Counted from the stretch's first letter, positions 1 to 14,174 are shown. The stretch: 64,000 nucleotides of DNA from Felis catus (GCF_018350175.1 NC_058368.1:126420001-126484000), one strand, 5' to 3'. The notes: a model not told the origin generated them from the letters alone. Program-made: numbers and translations.

Positions 1-2210
1 GCTATGTGAACAGAGATCAGCGAGTCTAAATCTGCCTGAGGGTAAAGTGTGTCTTCAGGAAGAAAGTCATGTTGAACTAAGATAAACTAAGATTGGAAGA
101 TAACACAAGGTTTCTTTGCTGTGGAAGTTTCTGGAATAATTGAACACAAAACATGTATGTCTTAAAATGAGAGACAATCTGGGTGTCGTCACTGTGGGGA
201 CCATGTAAAGCATCATGAGAAAACAAGAAGCAGCATGATAAATCCTGAACAACCAGACATCAGAGTGGGTTTTGATGCTTAGAAAACACAAAAAGTGGGA
301 GAGAGCCCCAAGAAAGAGAGATGGAAAGCTTATAACATAAACATACATGCACACTTTTTTCCAGTACTTTGTAGAAAATATATATATGAGTATAAATAGG
401 CATTACAAATAGAGGAAATTTAATAAGGGGATTGGTTGCAAAAGTGTTGCAGAACTGTGGGAACAAAAAGGAGTGGGTAATTTTACTCAAAAGGTAAGTA
501 ACTGCAGGAATCCATTCCCTTTCCTACTATAGAGAGAACCAAAGCAAAATGGTGCAGATTAGAGCCCACAATTACCATGCCCCCGAGACTGCTACTTGGG
601 AAATCAAGCTGTGTGAGTAGGAATCCAGGAAGCTATGCTCATCAGCCACTCTTACTGCTGCCATCTTACTGCAAGAGGTACCATCAGAGGGCATCCATCT
701 CCCCATCCTACCTCCCCATCTAAGAAAAAGCCAATTGACAGGGGAGTTTGGGAGTTTGTAAAATATGTATACAGGTTTCCATTTCCAGTCCTGAAGGTCC
801 CAGTGTACTAAGAAGATCTAGCTAACTCCCTAATTTCAACATGTGTTGGTGAAAAATTGTGTATGTAAATCTATATATATAAACTCAAAACCATATTCTT
901 TGTTGTTTCCAAGGTTCCACTGATTCTCCTGTTAAGTCATTGACTTAAATGTGTGGTATAGAAGAGAATGTAGAAAAATGATTGTGAGGTCAAGAGATAA
1001 TAGACACTATTTGGCAACCACATGTCCTGACTTGGGAATCTCTCACCCTTGCGTCCCTTCTTCCTCCCCATTGCCAGGTCTCCACCAACAAACAATATGG
1101 AGGACAGAAACATACTTTTTTTCATTTTCTTCCCCATTACCAACATACGTAGTAATGTCTACTCTCAGGAAATAGGAAATTTTTCTAACTATGTGCTAGA
1201 AATAAATGAGGAAAAATACAAACAAATAGGAGAGATACAGGTTCAGTAGTGAACCTTTAAAAACAAGCAGAGAAGGCTAGTCATAATTATCTCAGAAAAA
1301 TAATAGTCTCCTCCATTCCCAATCTGTCCTTTACCAACACAAAGATAAGAACATCCACTTATTTTATACATTTATGCTTTCCTTTTAATATTTTTAGGTT
1401 AGCCTATCTGCTAACTCCCACTATTACAGATATAAGTAGAAACTAAGTTGTATTTTTACAACCAACAGTTTCTGATAATGAAATGTGACAAAGCTAACTC
1501 CAATAATCATCTATTCATGTTGTTCAAATATGCTCTATTGTATATATTTGGATAGAAAAATAAAAGGCATCCATTTCAAAAGGAGATTAAATAGCTAAAG
1601 ATTAGAGAACAATGACAACTAGAAAACTCAATTGAAGAGCAAAAATAGATACATAGCCAAAGAAAGAAGTTTGGATTTTCAATTCAATTTATGAAAAAGT
1701 TCTGTTTTTTAATAAAAAAATATTTTTGATCTTTAAAAGATTAATATACAAATGAAAAAGGAGTTAAAGTAAAGCAGTAAAAAAAAGTATGCTTTTGCTT
1801 TTACATTTATTTCCCCTTTGTATAACACTTAATTTTTAAAGGTGCCACAAACTGGTGGTCCACAACTATACAGTATTCTTTAGTGTATATTTTAAGTGGT
1901 AATTAGATATCACTTGGCTGAAAATATAGGATGAAAAATAGGAGTTGCCAGGACTTAAGCATATAAAGCAAAATTCATATCCTTCAATTAATTTTCAAAG
2001 TTATAAAAACCTCCTGTAATTCCCAGATATTTGGGGCAATTTTCATGGCATGGTCTCTTAATAAATGTATTTAAGGGGTAGGAAGGATTTCACCATAATC
2101 TTATCTCTAAGGTGATTTCACCTAATAATAAAGTCCTGCAGACCTTTTCCCTAGTTGTTTCCTTTTGCTAAATTGTTTTCCCTGTAATATCCATTAGATG
2201 ATTTCCTAGC

Positions 2211-2452
2211 TTTCTTTTTTTTTTAATATTTGTGTATTTTTAAGAGAGAGGGAGGGAGGGAGGGAGTGAGAGAGAGAGAGAGAGAGATGGAGCATGAGCG
2301 GGGGAGGAGCAGGGAGAGAGGAAGATATAGACTCTGAAGCAGGCTCCAGGCTCCAAGCACAGAGCCTGACCTGGGGCTTGAACTCATGATCCACGAGATC
2401 ATGATCTGAACTGAAGTTGGATGCTTAACCGACTGAGCCACCCAGGTGCCCC
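2211..2452 (-). mobile_element. Carnivore tRNA-derived SINE (SINEC)
   Basis: Poly-T, (GA)n, and terminal ...GAGCCACCCAGGTGCCCC. Confidence 0.9.
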
Positions 2453-3037
2453 AATTTCCTCACTTCTTTAAGTGTGATCACCAAAAGTGCATCATTCACT
2501 TTATAATAGCCAGTGACACTTTCCTAAGGCAGCAAATGTCTTAAGACATCTAAAAGGACAACTCTAATAGATAAATTTTTAAAAATGTAATGGTTATATA
2601 TTTACATGGTTCAATATTCAAAAGATACAAGAGAATATATAGTGAAGTTTTCCTTTAGCCCTCTTCCACACTTCCCACACTCACTTGTTGATGCCGGCAA
2701 AGGCAGTGAGATCCGGGATATAACCTACACATTTGTAGTGGATCACTCCATAGGATGGGGCCCACAACTGGTTCCTCTGTGAATAAAAATATTGAGAGTT
2801 TACACTATTACAGGACACATGCTCCTGAGACATGTTACACAGTTTAATGGACCATGATATTTCATTTTCTATCTCATATGGATAATTACTTTAAAGAAAT
2901 CCCAGAGCACCAGAATATGACATTCTGATGTAGAGTGAGTGTTACTTCTTTGGAGAGCAATGATCAATTCTTTAATGCCTGAGGGGAACACCTCCTGGAG
3001 AAGAACATCTATGACCACTTGTATTTTGTTTAATGGT

Positions 3038-3503
3038 TGTATTAGTCAGATTATATAGAGAAACACTATATGTTGGAATTGGCTCACATGATTATGAAGG
3101 CTGAGAAGTCACATGATCTGCCATCTGCAAGCTGGAGACCCAGGAAGGCAGGGGGTGTATAGTTCAAAGGCCTGAGAGCCAGAGAGCTGATGGTGTAGAT
3201 TCTTGTCTGAGTCTGAAAACTGAGAACCAGAAGTGCCGGAAGTAGGAGATCTATACTCAGTTCAAACAATGAGGCAGAGGCCACCGGAATCTAACCTTCC
3301 TTCACCCTTTTGTTCTAATCAGGTCCTCGAGTGATTGGGTGATACCTACCTGCATTAGGAAGATCCATTTGCTTTATTCAGTTCACCAACTCAGATGCTA
3401 ATATTTTCTGGAAACAACCTCACAGACACACCCAGAATAATATTTAACTAGCCATATGGGCATCCTCTGGTCCGGTCGAGGTGACGTAAAATTAACCATC
3501 ACA
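3038..3503 (-). mobile_element. MLT2-type ERVL solo LTR
   Basis: TGT...ACA termini; the end AAAATTAACCATCACA is the reverse complement of the MLT2 start; 5-bp TSD ATGGT at 3033-3037 and 3504-3508. Confidence 0.8.
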
Positions 3504-4608
3504 ATGGTCAATTTATTAAACTTACATATTTAATAAATGGAACTTTGAAAGAAATTTCTCATAAATATTTAAGTGTAAATCACACATGAATAATTAAATT
3601 TCCATTCAATTTAAATGGAAAAATAGAAATTTATTGTGATTCATTTTTTTGAATCCTTCAAATCCCCTAAAAAGGCAAAACTTACACAAAAACTTAGCAG
3701 ATCTATTACTCTACTAACACTTAAAACCAGTCTACAGTTTCAATAACTTGAGCTTAATTAATTCCTTTATTGCTTCACACATGATATTAATGCCTTCCTA
3801 GCGATATGTCTATGCTAATTTTCATATATACCTAGAGCTGTAGTAATATTTATTTTGATAACTTCTTGAAGTTGCAGTGATCTTACCAGATCACAAGTAA
3901 TAGAATACCTTCTCAAACCAGGCAGGGATTTTTATTATCAACAGATGGAACAAAGGATTTAACTGCTTTCCCCAAGTGAACATTCTTTTAGTGGACACAT
4001 TTTATATGTTATTTCAGTAATTCCAAGTCTTCATTACTGTGTGGATATTATTATTGGCATTATTTTGTCTCCTGGTGTCTTCCTCTAGACATAATGTATT
4101 TTTACATAATCACTTAACTAGCATTTCGTAATTCACTGTCTTGTCATACTATATTGACCTAGTCCATTAGTATTATTATAAACAGATGTATTCCTTTTAG
4201 AATTTTATTATTATTAATGGTGCTATATAGGAGCTTCACCTTCTGGCCATAAGGGACTAACTGTAGGTGGTTAGCTCTCCTTATGAAGAACATTGATTTA
4301 TTTTTTATTTTCCTGGAATAGTGGTGGTTTCCCTCTCTACCTGGGCTTGTCTATAGCCACTGATACTGAATACCTGTTGAACTCCCTTTCCACCTGATTT
4401 TTATATTGGGTCACCTGTAATGCTCATTCCTTAATAATTTTGGTACAGATTCCATCTTTCTTCCAGAACTTCTTGGGTTTCTCCAAGTTTCTTTTTTTTA
4501 TTCTTTTCACTATGCACAGATGGAAGCAAGAACATGTCTATTTTTTATAAACAGATATAGAGCAGCTATATAAAAATATAGGAAACTGAACACCTTTATA
4601 TTTAGTAC

Positions 4609-5066
4609 TGTTAAAGAACAGAAATTCCACTGAGTAAATTTGAAGATCTAATTGGCTTTATTAAGCATTAGACACCATCCCATTTAGCAAGTAAAGTGTA
4701 GCTCCAAGGAGATGTACAAAATGGAAGGTTTTTGAAAGAAGGACGGTGGGGCAAGGAAATTATTATCAGTAAAGGAAAAGAAAGAATCATTCCAGGCAAG
4801 ATCACCTTCCCCAGGGGGAAGGGAAGGGGGGGGTCTTAGTAGGTAGATCACTACATCATCCTTTTCAGGAATGGAAAGGGCCCATGTGACAGATTACCTT
4901 CTTGGTGCTGACTAGAACATTCCTGACTGCCCAGCTAAGACTCCACTTTTGGGGGCAGGAGGTGGAAACTGCAGTTAGGTTAGGTGTTAACCCCCTGTGT
5001 GGTGACTTGGTCTAAGTGGATCTGTTTTGGGCCTGTTTTTGTTTGCTTATTTATTTATTTTTAACA
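4609..5066 (-). mobile_element. Probable ERV1-class solo LTR
   Basis: Inverted termini TGTTAAA...TTTAACA, 4-bp flanks GTAC/GTAG, AATAAA on the minus strand near 4657. Confidence 0.55.
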
Positions 5067-5702
5067 GTAGTAACTTTTCTGTATGTGTTAAAGTCATTGT
5101 AAATTTAAACATACTCTATTATATTCACCCTTTTTTTGCATGGCTAGTATTTTTTTAAAAATATTTAGACAGACTAATTCTCTGTGGAATGGCATTAGGA
5201 GTTCACTAAATTTCGCAGCAAACCTTGTTCAAATGAACATGGCAGTTATTATTAGTGCTGTTTAAATTTCCAATGATCACAACTTGACTGATAAAATCCC
5301 TTTGTGCAGGTTCTTTGGTTTTTTCAGGACTGTTCACTTTTTGGTAAAAATTGGACATATTCTGATAATTCTCTTTCCTAAGACAAGGAATTCATTACTT
5401 TCCTCCAATACCCTTTGGCTCTTAGCTGAGGACAGTATTAGAATAAAAAATCTGGATGCTAGGATTGCATAAGAGCGTTGGTGGTGGGCAAAAATGTTCC
5501 TTCTGCATTTGACCCATTTTCCTTAGTGACAGAGGTAAAATACACGTGTATATATGTGTATGTGTGTATACATATGTACACACGTGTGCATATAAATGCA
5601 CATATGTCTTTTTAAGGCATGAATTTACAGGGTTTTTTTTCTAATTTAGACCTATGAAGTTTCATCAACAACTAAGACTTTCTTCTACATGAACAGAGAT
5701 GA

Positions 5703-5949
5703 TTTTTAAAATTTTTCAATTAATTTTAGTTTAAAAAATTGTTTAGTGCTTATTTTTGAGAGAGAGAGAGACAGAGACAGAGCATGAGCAGGGGAGGGGC
5801 AGAGAGAGAGGGAGGCACAGAATCGGAAGCAGGCTCCAGACTCTGAGCTGCCAGCGCAGAGCCCAATGTGGGGCTCAAACTCACAACCTTCGAGATCCCG
5901 ACCTGAGCCAAAGTCAGATGCTTAACTGACTGAGTCACCCAGGTGCCCC
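5703..5949 (-). mobile_element. SINEC (felid type)
   Basis: Typical SINEC body; TSD AACAGAGATGA at 5692-5702 and 5951-5961. Confidence 0.92.
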
Positions 5950-7560
5950 AAACAGAGATGACATTTCGATGTTCCTATCCTGATAGATAACTGCATTACT
6001 AGAGAAGAAAATGCTTAGCTCATGATAATTTTATAGTATTTTACCCTATTTCTGCTAAATGATTAAGGCTGACCTTGCTCTTGCCAGCACTTCTATTTTT
6101 GAAGCTGAGGACTTGATTTACAGGATACATTTTACCTGTGTTTTCATCCCATCACTGCGTGGTGCATGGCTAGGCCACCCTTGCAGTCTCATGGAGATGC
6201 TTTGAAGGGCCCACAGTAGCTTTCATGCTCTGCTCTTGCTGCCTTAAAATTCACAATCATTTTTGAACAAGTCTCTACATTTTCATTTGTATAGAACCCT
6301 GCAAATTATATAGACCCAGTCCTGCCTATAATGCATAAGCTGTTAGATTAGAATTTAAGGTCCTGGTCCCTTTACTCTTTTATTCATCCAAAGCAAAGGG
6401 AAAATTCTTAGCATGTGCCCTTCTAATGTATAACAAATCATATTAAATCCGAGAGACTCACCAATTCCCACATGCGATTCAAATTCTATACAAAATGTTG
6501 TATCACAGACAGAGGGAAATCAGCCTAAATATTTGACTGATTACTAAAAGTTCCTGGGAGACTTAGAAGTACAGATTCCTGAGATGCTCCCCAAACTGAA
6601 TCCAAATATTTTGGAATGGAATCAAGAAATCTGTATTTTTATAAATCTCTTGGCTGGTTTTTTTTTTTTTTTTTTAATGGTCATGAGTGTCATGGGAAAA
6701 AGGCTACATTGCATTAGGCTGTTGAAATCTTTGATGTGAGAGGCTTGTGTTACAATACTCAGTTCCTATTGGCTATTAATCTGATATGATTTCTGTCTGT
6801 TTTCAGTTTACCAGCAGGGTACATACCAGGAGGGAACTAGCAGTTACTACTCACATCTGCTGTGAGTGTGAGACCTCTTAGCTCTTATAATCACATTCAG
6901 TTAACACTTCTAGGAAAACATTGGCAGAGTGACTCCTTTCTCACTTCTAGTTTAATCCCCCTCCCCACATATGTCTATTTCCTGTGGTAGCTATTTGGAT
7001 TTTTTCCATTATAGCTTATTCCTCTTTCTCTTCCCTGAATTTGATGTTAACTACAGCTGTTGCTTTCTTCTGCTCGGCTTTGCCAGTTTTGTGGGGAGAG
7101 AGAACAGAAGACAGGGGCAAAGCAGGAGCAGAAGTATCATCTACTTTAAGATGGCAAGGTACTGGGGCGACCCTGACATTGATGCTGCATAATCATTGAC
7201 AAGAAGTGGATTATTTCCTCCTGCACGCTCTTACTTGAAGTGCATAGTCTAGGGCTTGTGCGCTTTTCAAGGACCCAGGACCTTAGACAAACAACCAAAA
7301 AAGGTAGTATTGACTCTAAAATGTACAAAACAAAGCTACAAAGTCAAAATTAGTGCTAACTAAATATATTTTACATTTACTTAATTATTACTATTAACAA
7401 TCACAAAAATTCCATTACATTTGAAAACAATTTGTAGGGTATTCTTTGCTTTGTAAGAATTCCTGAATATACATAATTATTGCTGAAAATTATAGCCAAA
7501 TATTAAATGCATTATCTGTCACCAAATAATTTCAAAAACAAAATTATCAAAATCATTTCA

Positions 7561-7770
7561 ATTTTTAAAATTTATTTATATATTTTGAGAGAGAGAGCGA
7601 GGGAGTGGGGAAGGGACAGGGAGAGAGTGAGAGAGAGACTCCCAAGCAGGCTCCGCCCTATCAGCATGGAGCCCTACTTGGGGCTCAAACCCAGGAACTG
7701 CAAGATCATGACCTGACCCAAAATCAAGAGTTAGACACTTAACGGACTGAACGGACTACCCAGGTGCCTC
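7561..7770 (-). mobile_element. SINEC
   Basis: T-rich tail, (GA)n, tRNA-related head ending CCCAGGTGCCTC. Confidence 0.88.
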
Positions 7771-8157
7771 TTCATTTCATTTTTTTTAATGAAAAAAAAT
7801 GTTTAGGGATACAGGAGTCAACTGAAAGAGCTCTAAGTGGCCAAAACTAAAACAGTTTGGCCTATAAAATAAATAGTATTAGATTATAAACTAAAGTATA
7901 AAATAAATAGCTGTGAGTCCATACTGACATAAATAAGCAACTGAAGTTAAAATTTTTAATATATTTAATGTGAGATCTGGGTAATACTGTGAGGACGCCA
8001 TGAAACCTAAGAATGCCCAAAGTCCCTTAAGGTCTTAAGACACCCCCATTATGTATATACCACCAATAGGTTCGCATCACTGCTTTAATAAATTTTGGAA
8101 AGTCAGACTGTAGTTGACCTAGTAAACATTACCACAACTTGCTATGTTGTAGCAATA

Positions 8158-8359
8158 ATTTTATTATTACTATTATTTTATTTGAGAGAGAGGGAGAGTG
8201 GGGGAGAGTGACAGAGGGGGTGGGGAGAGAGAGAATCTCAAGCAGGCTCCATGCTCAGCGAAGAGCCCAATGTGGAGCTCAATCCCATGACACTGAAATC
8301 CAGATCTGAGTCAAAATCAAGAGTCAGATGCTTAACCAACTGAGCCACCCAGGCACCCC
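8158..8359 (-). mobile_element. SINEC
   Basis: Ends TTAACCAACTGAGCCACCCAGGCACCCC. Confidence 0.88.
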
Positions 8360-8539
8360 ATGATAATTTAAAATGTTTTGCTAAAGAAAAATGTAATACA
8401 GTATGCCTGTATTAAAAATACTAAAGAGATAGCAGAACTAGTCACCCCTTACCCACCTGAGCAGTTCCAGGCGGCTCTGCAGAATTCTGATGCTCTGTGG
8501 AACTCAGTGTGCAATTTTTTTATATAGTAAGAAAAGCTG

Positions 8540-9030
8540 ACCCTCATAGAGTTGGAGAAAATAATTGGAATAAACCTGTCTGATACAGGGCATGTATCCA
8601 GATTGAATGAAGCACTCTTACAACTCAGAGAGAGGAAGATAAAAATCCCACTAAGAAATGGCAAAAAGCATAAAGAAACACTTTACTAGAGAAAATACAC
8701 AGATGACAACTAAACATGTGAAAAATTTCTCACCATTAATAGTCACTCAAGAAATGGAAATTAAAGTAATGAGTCCCTGACTACAATGGGTACAATAAAA
8801 GGACTCCCACCAACTGTCGGAGAGGCTGAGGAGCAGTTAGAACTCTCACGCGTGCAGGAATGCCAAATGGTACAGCTACTTTTGAAAATAGTTTGGCAGT
8901 TTCTTATAGAGTTCAATGTCTATTTACTGTAAGACTCAACGCTTTCCTTCCTAGATGTTCCCTGAAGGCAAATGAAAACATATGCCCTTATGAAGACCTG
9001 CATGCAGATGTCTATAGCAGCTGTATTCAC
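8540..9030 (+). mobile_element. Old L1 (L1M-type) 3' fragment
   Basis: Degenerate L1 ORF2-end motifs, e.g. AAATGGTACAGCTACTTTTGAAAATAGTTTGGCAGTTTCTTA. Confidence 0.75.
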
Positions 9031-9147
9031 CTCTGAATATTATTCATTTGCTTCCCTAGGAGAATATGAACTCAAAAGTGAACCATAATGTTCACACGCT
9101 GTTGAAGACTCAAAAATCTGAATTTACTACAAAATATGGTGTATTTT

Positions 9148-9380
9148 AGGTGGCTCAGTTGGTGAAGCATCCAACTCTTGGTTTCAGTCAGAGCATGATC
9201 TCGTGGTTTTGTGGGTTCAAGTCCCACATTGGGCTCTGTTCTGGCAACGTGGAGCCTGCTTGGGATTCTCTCTGTCTCCCTTTCTCTGCCCCTCCCTGAC
9301 TTGTGCTGGCGCTCTTTCTCTCTCTCTCTATCTCTCAAAATAAGTAAATTAATTCAAAAAAATAAATAAATAAAATAAAA
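9148..9380 (+). mobile_element. SINEC
   Basis: GGTGGCTCAGTTGG head, (CT)n, AATAAA-rich tail. Confidence 0.88.
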
Positions 9381-10369
9381 GTTAAATACTTCTTCCAGAA
9401 CCAAAGTATCATTGAATGACACTGTAACAGAAAACTCAGGCTTTTAAACATGACAAACTCATTATTTAATGTTTTCAGTAGGAAATATGGTGCTAGCAGA
9501 CTCAAAGCATGCTTGCTTGAAAACAAAGAGATGCTGGAACATGTTAATACTATTCTTTCAAATTACGCTAATTTTAACCTCTATAATTTTAACAATTACA
9601 TAGAATTCATATTTTAAAAATTCTTATTGCTAGTTTTAGATTCCCACACTTAATGGATATCACAAAGTGAGCTGACATGTGAAGTGATCGTGTATTTTTA
9701 CCTATCACATCTCAGAATATTTTCTTTATGCTTCAGACACCAAAAGAAAGGGGGCAATTTTCTAACAGGAAATTTAAAAATCTTCACATGGTAGATATTA
9801 TCCATGAGCATCTTCTCGGGCTGAAATCGTTAAGTCATATATGAAACACTCTTATTTTTTTTTGCTTTCTATGCCTTCTGCTGGAACTAGAAATGTTTTC
9901 ATAGTTTCTTTGAGACAGATTCTTAAAATTCTCTACATTTCTTTTAATTGAACTAGTGACATCACCTAATTGTAAAAGTTGTCTGTTTTTCCTCTAGGAA
10001 TCTTAATTTATTCCTTGTATACTTAGTCATTTTGCAGCCCAGTGATGATTATGCCTTCCTTGTCCTTGCTGTGTACTCTGCTTCTCCTGGTTAACCTTAT
10101 TCTGATTAATGTTTCTTATTTTCTACCTAAAAAGTTACCTTCACTAGCTTTAAGGCTTGAAAGAACAGTGACAGTGTGCTATTTTACTGTCATACCAGCT
10201 ATCTTGGGCAAAATTATAAAATGAAGGAAGTGATTTTAAAATCCCTTTTAGTGTGGCTCATCCTTTTTCTTCCTCTCTTCCTATCTTGGTGCCTTTTGTG
10301 TGGTATCTTTTCTACCCCTAGCTTCTAGACCCAAATGCCAGCTTCTTTGTGTAAATTAGTATGTTTTCA

Positions 10370-10500
10370 GGGTGCCTGGGTGGCTCACATTGTTTAAGTG
10401 TTGAACTCTTGATCTCAGCTCAGGTCTTGATCTCAGGGTCGTGAGTTCAAGCCCTATGCTAGGCTTCATGCTGGGCATAAGCCTACTTAAAAAAATAAAA
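10370..10500 (+). mobile_element. Short SINEC variant lacking the (CT)n region
   Basis: GGGTGCCTGGGTGGCTCA head, B-box-like GTTCAAGCCC, then directly GCCTACTT and an A-tail. Confidence 0.8.
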
Positions 10501-10504
10501 ATTT

Positions 10505-10742
10505 GGGGTACCTGGGTGGCTGTCGGTTGAGTGTCCGACTTTGGCTCAGGTCACGATCTGGAGGTTCATGAGGAGCAGCCCTGAGGCGGGCTCTGTGCTG
10601 ACAGCTCAGAGCCTGGAGCCTGCTTCAGATTCTGCGTCCCCTCCTCTCTCTCCACCCCACCCCTGTTTGCACTCTGTCTCTCTCCGTCTTTCAAAAAAAT
10701 GAATAAACATAAAAAAATTTAAAAATAAATAAAAAATAAAAA
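10505..10742 (+). mobile_element. SINEC inserted in the A-tail of the preceding SINE
   Basis: GGGGTACCTGGGTGGCT head, GCTGACAGCTCAGAGCCTGGAGCC core, A-rich tail. Confidence 0.88.
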
Positions 10743-11303
10743 TTAATGTGTTTGCTTGACACCAAGAGAGAAACTCTACATTTGAGAGGACCTCAATCAA
10801 ACAACCAGTTGTAGGATTTGAACATCTCTGGCATCTTGATAGGGAGCACACTGGAGAAGGAAGAAGTAAAGGAGGTGGTAAAAAGTAAAAGGATATTTGG
10901 TTTTCTTGCCCCAATTGAAATTCAGCCATTATTAGCTACATCATCAGTGCATTACACTGAGCTTAAATCTCACTAGACTTGTCAGAAAATGGATTGAGGT
11001 CATCACTATAATGAAAATGTGGTTAGAACACACCGTTTAAATATTTAATGTAAAAGCCCACAATTGATATAATGTAAAAAATAAAATCCTTGCTGAAAGT
11101 TGATGAGAGTGTACTATTATCCTGATTAGTTTTTTGCACATCTGTTTTCACTTTTCAAAAGAAACTTGAACTCACTGATTCTCTCTCTCCCACCTTCATG
11201 GCTTACCTTGTCTTCTACATTTACTACAAGTTTCCGTTAGGAGGGTATGGCGTATGTCCTTTCCCAAATGCCTGTTCGAAACCATGTTGCTTTACTCATT
11301 TTC

Positions 11304-11537
11304 TTTCTTTTTTTTAAAAAAAATTTTTTTTTCAGCGTTTTTATTTATTTTTGGGACAGAGAGAGACAGAGCATGAACGGGGGAGGGGCAGAGAGAGAGG
11401 GAGACACAGAATCGGAAACAGGCTCCAGGCTCCGAGCCATCAGCCCAGAGCCTGACGCGGGGCTCGAACTCACGGACCGCGAGATCGTGACCTGGCTGAA
11501 GTCGGACGCTTAACCGACTGCGCCACCCAGGCGCCCC
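11304..11537 (-). mobile_element. Young SINEC_Fc-type insertion
   Basis: CpG-rich intact body; perfect 15-bp TSD GCTTTACTCATTTTC at 11289-11303 and 11538-11552. Confidence 0.95.
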
Positions 11538-11567
11538 GCTTTACTCATTTTCAAAGTGATCCTCCAC

Positions 11568-11742
11568 AAAAGGAAGGAAGGAAGGAAGGAAGGAAGGAAG
11601 GAAGGAAGGAAGGAAGGAAGGAAGGAAGGAAGGGGGAAAGAAAAGAAAGAAGAAAGAAAGAACGAACGAACGAACGAAAGAAAGAAAGAAAGAAAAAGAA
11701 AGAAGAAAGAGAGAAAGAAAGAAAAAGAAAGAAAGAAAGAAA

Positions 11743-11807
<65 letters not shown>

Positions 11808-11808
11808 G
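11568..11808 (+). repeat. Compound (GGAA)n/(GAAA)n tetranucleotide microsatellite, polypurine tract
   Basis: About 240 bp that are almost all purine, with a short (GAAC)n interruption. Confidence 0.95.
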
Positions 11809-14174
11809 GCACAAATAAGCTCTTTTTGTCTAGCAAGAGAAAGTAAGTATACTGGTTAATTAAGAGTATGAGCTGTGAAGTCAAACAGACCTGAATTTAA
11901 GTGCTGACCCCACTCATTCCTTCTTAATTACTTAACCTTACTGAGCCTCAGCTCTCTTATCCATCTAAAACAGAGTTAGTAATACTTTCTTCCCAAAGGC
12001 TTGTAAACGGTGATGTAGCAGTTCTCCAAGTGTCAAGACGCTTCCAAATCATTAGGAAAATCTTCAAAATCTACCTAAGAACCTAAAGTTTTGCTAGACA
12101 GAATGTTTTTGGTGACAAAATACACCCCGAGTCCTTTAAAGTTTTCTTCAGATCTTTCTTCATTATTTCAACACAGCAGTATAAGCTTATTGCAGTCAGG
12201 GAATCTGGTTCAGCCAGTGTCTAGTTGTATCATAATCACCAGATTCATTCTTATCTTTCTGACTTCTCTCTTTTCTGTCAGTGATTCTGGAGGTCACAGA
12301 GAGGTAAGGTGCACAGATGGGGAGTGAGAGGTATGACAGGCGAGGAGGTTGGGTCAAAAGGTAGCTTAAACAAGATTGGCCATTTGCCTAAATTATTTTA
12401 AATGTGGAAGCTAGATGATGGGTTCATAGAGTTCACTGGACTACTTTTCCTTCTTTTGTGTGGATTTGAAGCTTTCCATTACATGTAATATATACATATG
12501 TATGTATGCATACACATACATATGAATACCTATGTGTGTATGTGTGTGTTTGTATATGTACAGCAAAGATAGAAATGGACTGTCCTTACATGTCAATAAA
12601 GGCAGGGGGGAAATAGAAAAACTTGGGCAATAACCATTAGTAAACATGAATTTTTTGTCCTTGCCCAAGTTTGGCATTGATGAAGGAAGTCAGAAGAGTA
12701 AGGAAGATGGAAGACAAAGTCCGTTGTTACTGATATTGATCAGTTTGCAGATGTGGTTTTGGGTCTACTAGGCAAGTACACTTGCTAATACTGCACTCAT
12801 ATCTTGGAAGGCTTGCTTCTGGCCACAAGTACACCTGGATATCCACATCTTTTCCTTGTGGGAGCTTTTCCCTCTAAAACATTGGACTTGGAGAAAAGTA
12901 AAATGTGTGGGTTTCTGTAAGTAACTGGATCATAAAATAAGAAAGGGAAGGAAAAGATCATAGACATCCATGTCCAATCCCTCTTTCCAGGCTCACCAGT
13001 GTCCCTGGAAAAGTGAGTGAGAGGATGGCAGGGAAGAAGTAAGGAATGTCCCACATGGAAGTGAATAGTATGAATGGAATATAAGAGTGCCTCCTTAAAC
13101 GACCAATGGAAGCTTTTACCTGGGAAGTCAATCGCTATTGACTAATACACTTTTGCAGTTCTACTCAGGAGTTTTGTTATAGATTAGACTCGTTTATTAT
13201 GCCTCTTTCTGAAGACTCTTCTGTTGACCTCCTCAAAAGTACCCTGAGTCTTGAAGTTTTGTGCTTAACATCATGATGGTAGAATATGGAAAAACTATGA
13301 CCTAAAATGAGAAAGTGCTCCAGAAGTATCTCTTTTTCGGCTTGTTTAGAAGCTGGGTTTAATTATTGGTTCAGGCTGATTCATTTGATGCTTCAGAGAA
13401 GGACAGTTCTTTTATATTGATTGTGGTTCTTGGGAGAGTGTTTAAAATTCCAGTAGATATTTCTGGCCTGGGAACTTTCTCATCTATCATTATTTTAGCA
13501 TATATTTTCAAAGTGATTGGTCATTTTGACGTTTGCCTTTTAAATGTTCCCCCAAATATTCAGCAGGTGAGGTTAAGAATTGAGGAATACACTTTCTTTT
13601 TTCCACAGTCATGCTTGGCCATTATATGACTATTTCATCCTATGATAGCTCATTGACTTTTAGTACCCATCATTGTCACATCAAGAAATATTACCTTCCT
13701 TCAAACTCTTATAGGACTATATTTGTACCTCTTTTGTAATGTTTATTCCATAGCTTGTCTTGTGTCTACTGGGGACTGTTCTTGCCAATCCTGCAAAAAG
13801 GTAAGTTCCTAAAGAGCCTGAAATATAGCTATGTCAGTTCCTTATTATCACACTGCCTGGCACAAAGTATTCAATAAATGTTTTCTAAATGCACACATAA
13901 TCACATGGCAATAAACAAGTAGAATTTCCTGTTTTATTTTTTAACATTCCAGATTGTTTGGTGTGCTTTTCTCTTGCTATTATTTTTTTCTACACACCTC
14001 TTTCTGTGACCAAATGTCCTCTGCCTTTGCATATTTTTTTTCTGATACACTGTTTATCAATGAGTATGTGATTCTGTTCCATCTATTTGTATATCCCTTA
14101 ATCTCCAGATTTTCTAGGCTTAAAATATAGCAACCAAAAGACAAGAACATTGGGCAGAGAAAATAGACTGAATC

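Noticed and set aside
2536..2549. Perfect 14-bp palindrome ATGTCTTAAGACAT
   Set aside because: Several palindromes of this length are expected by chance in 64 kb.
11510..11884. Long low-complexity ORFs (KERK/FLSF-rich)
   Set aside because: They are translations of the GGAA/GAAA microsatellite.
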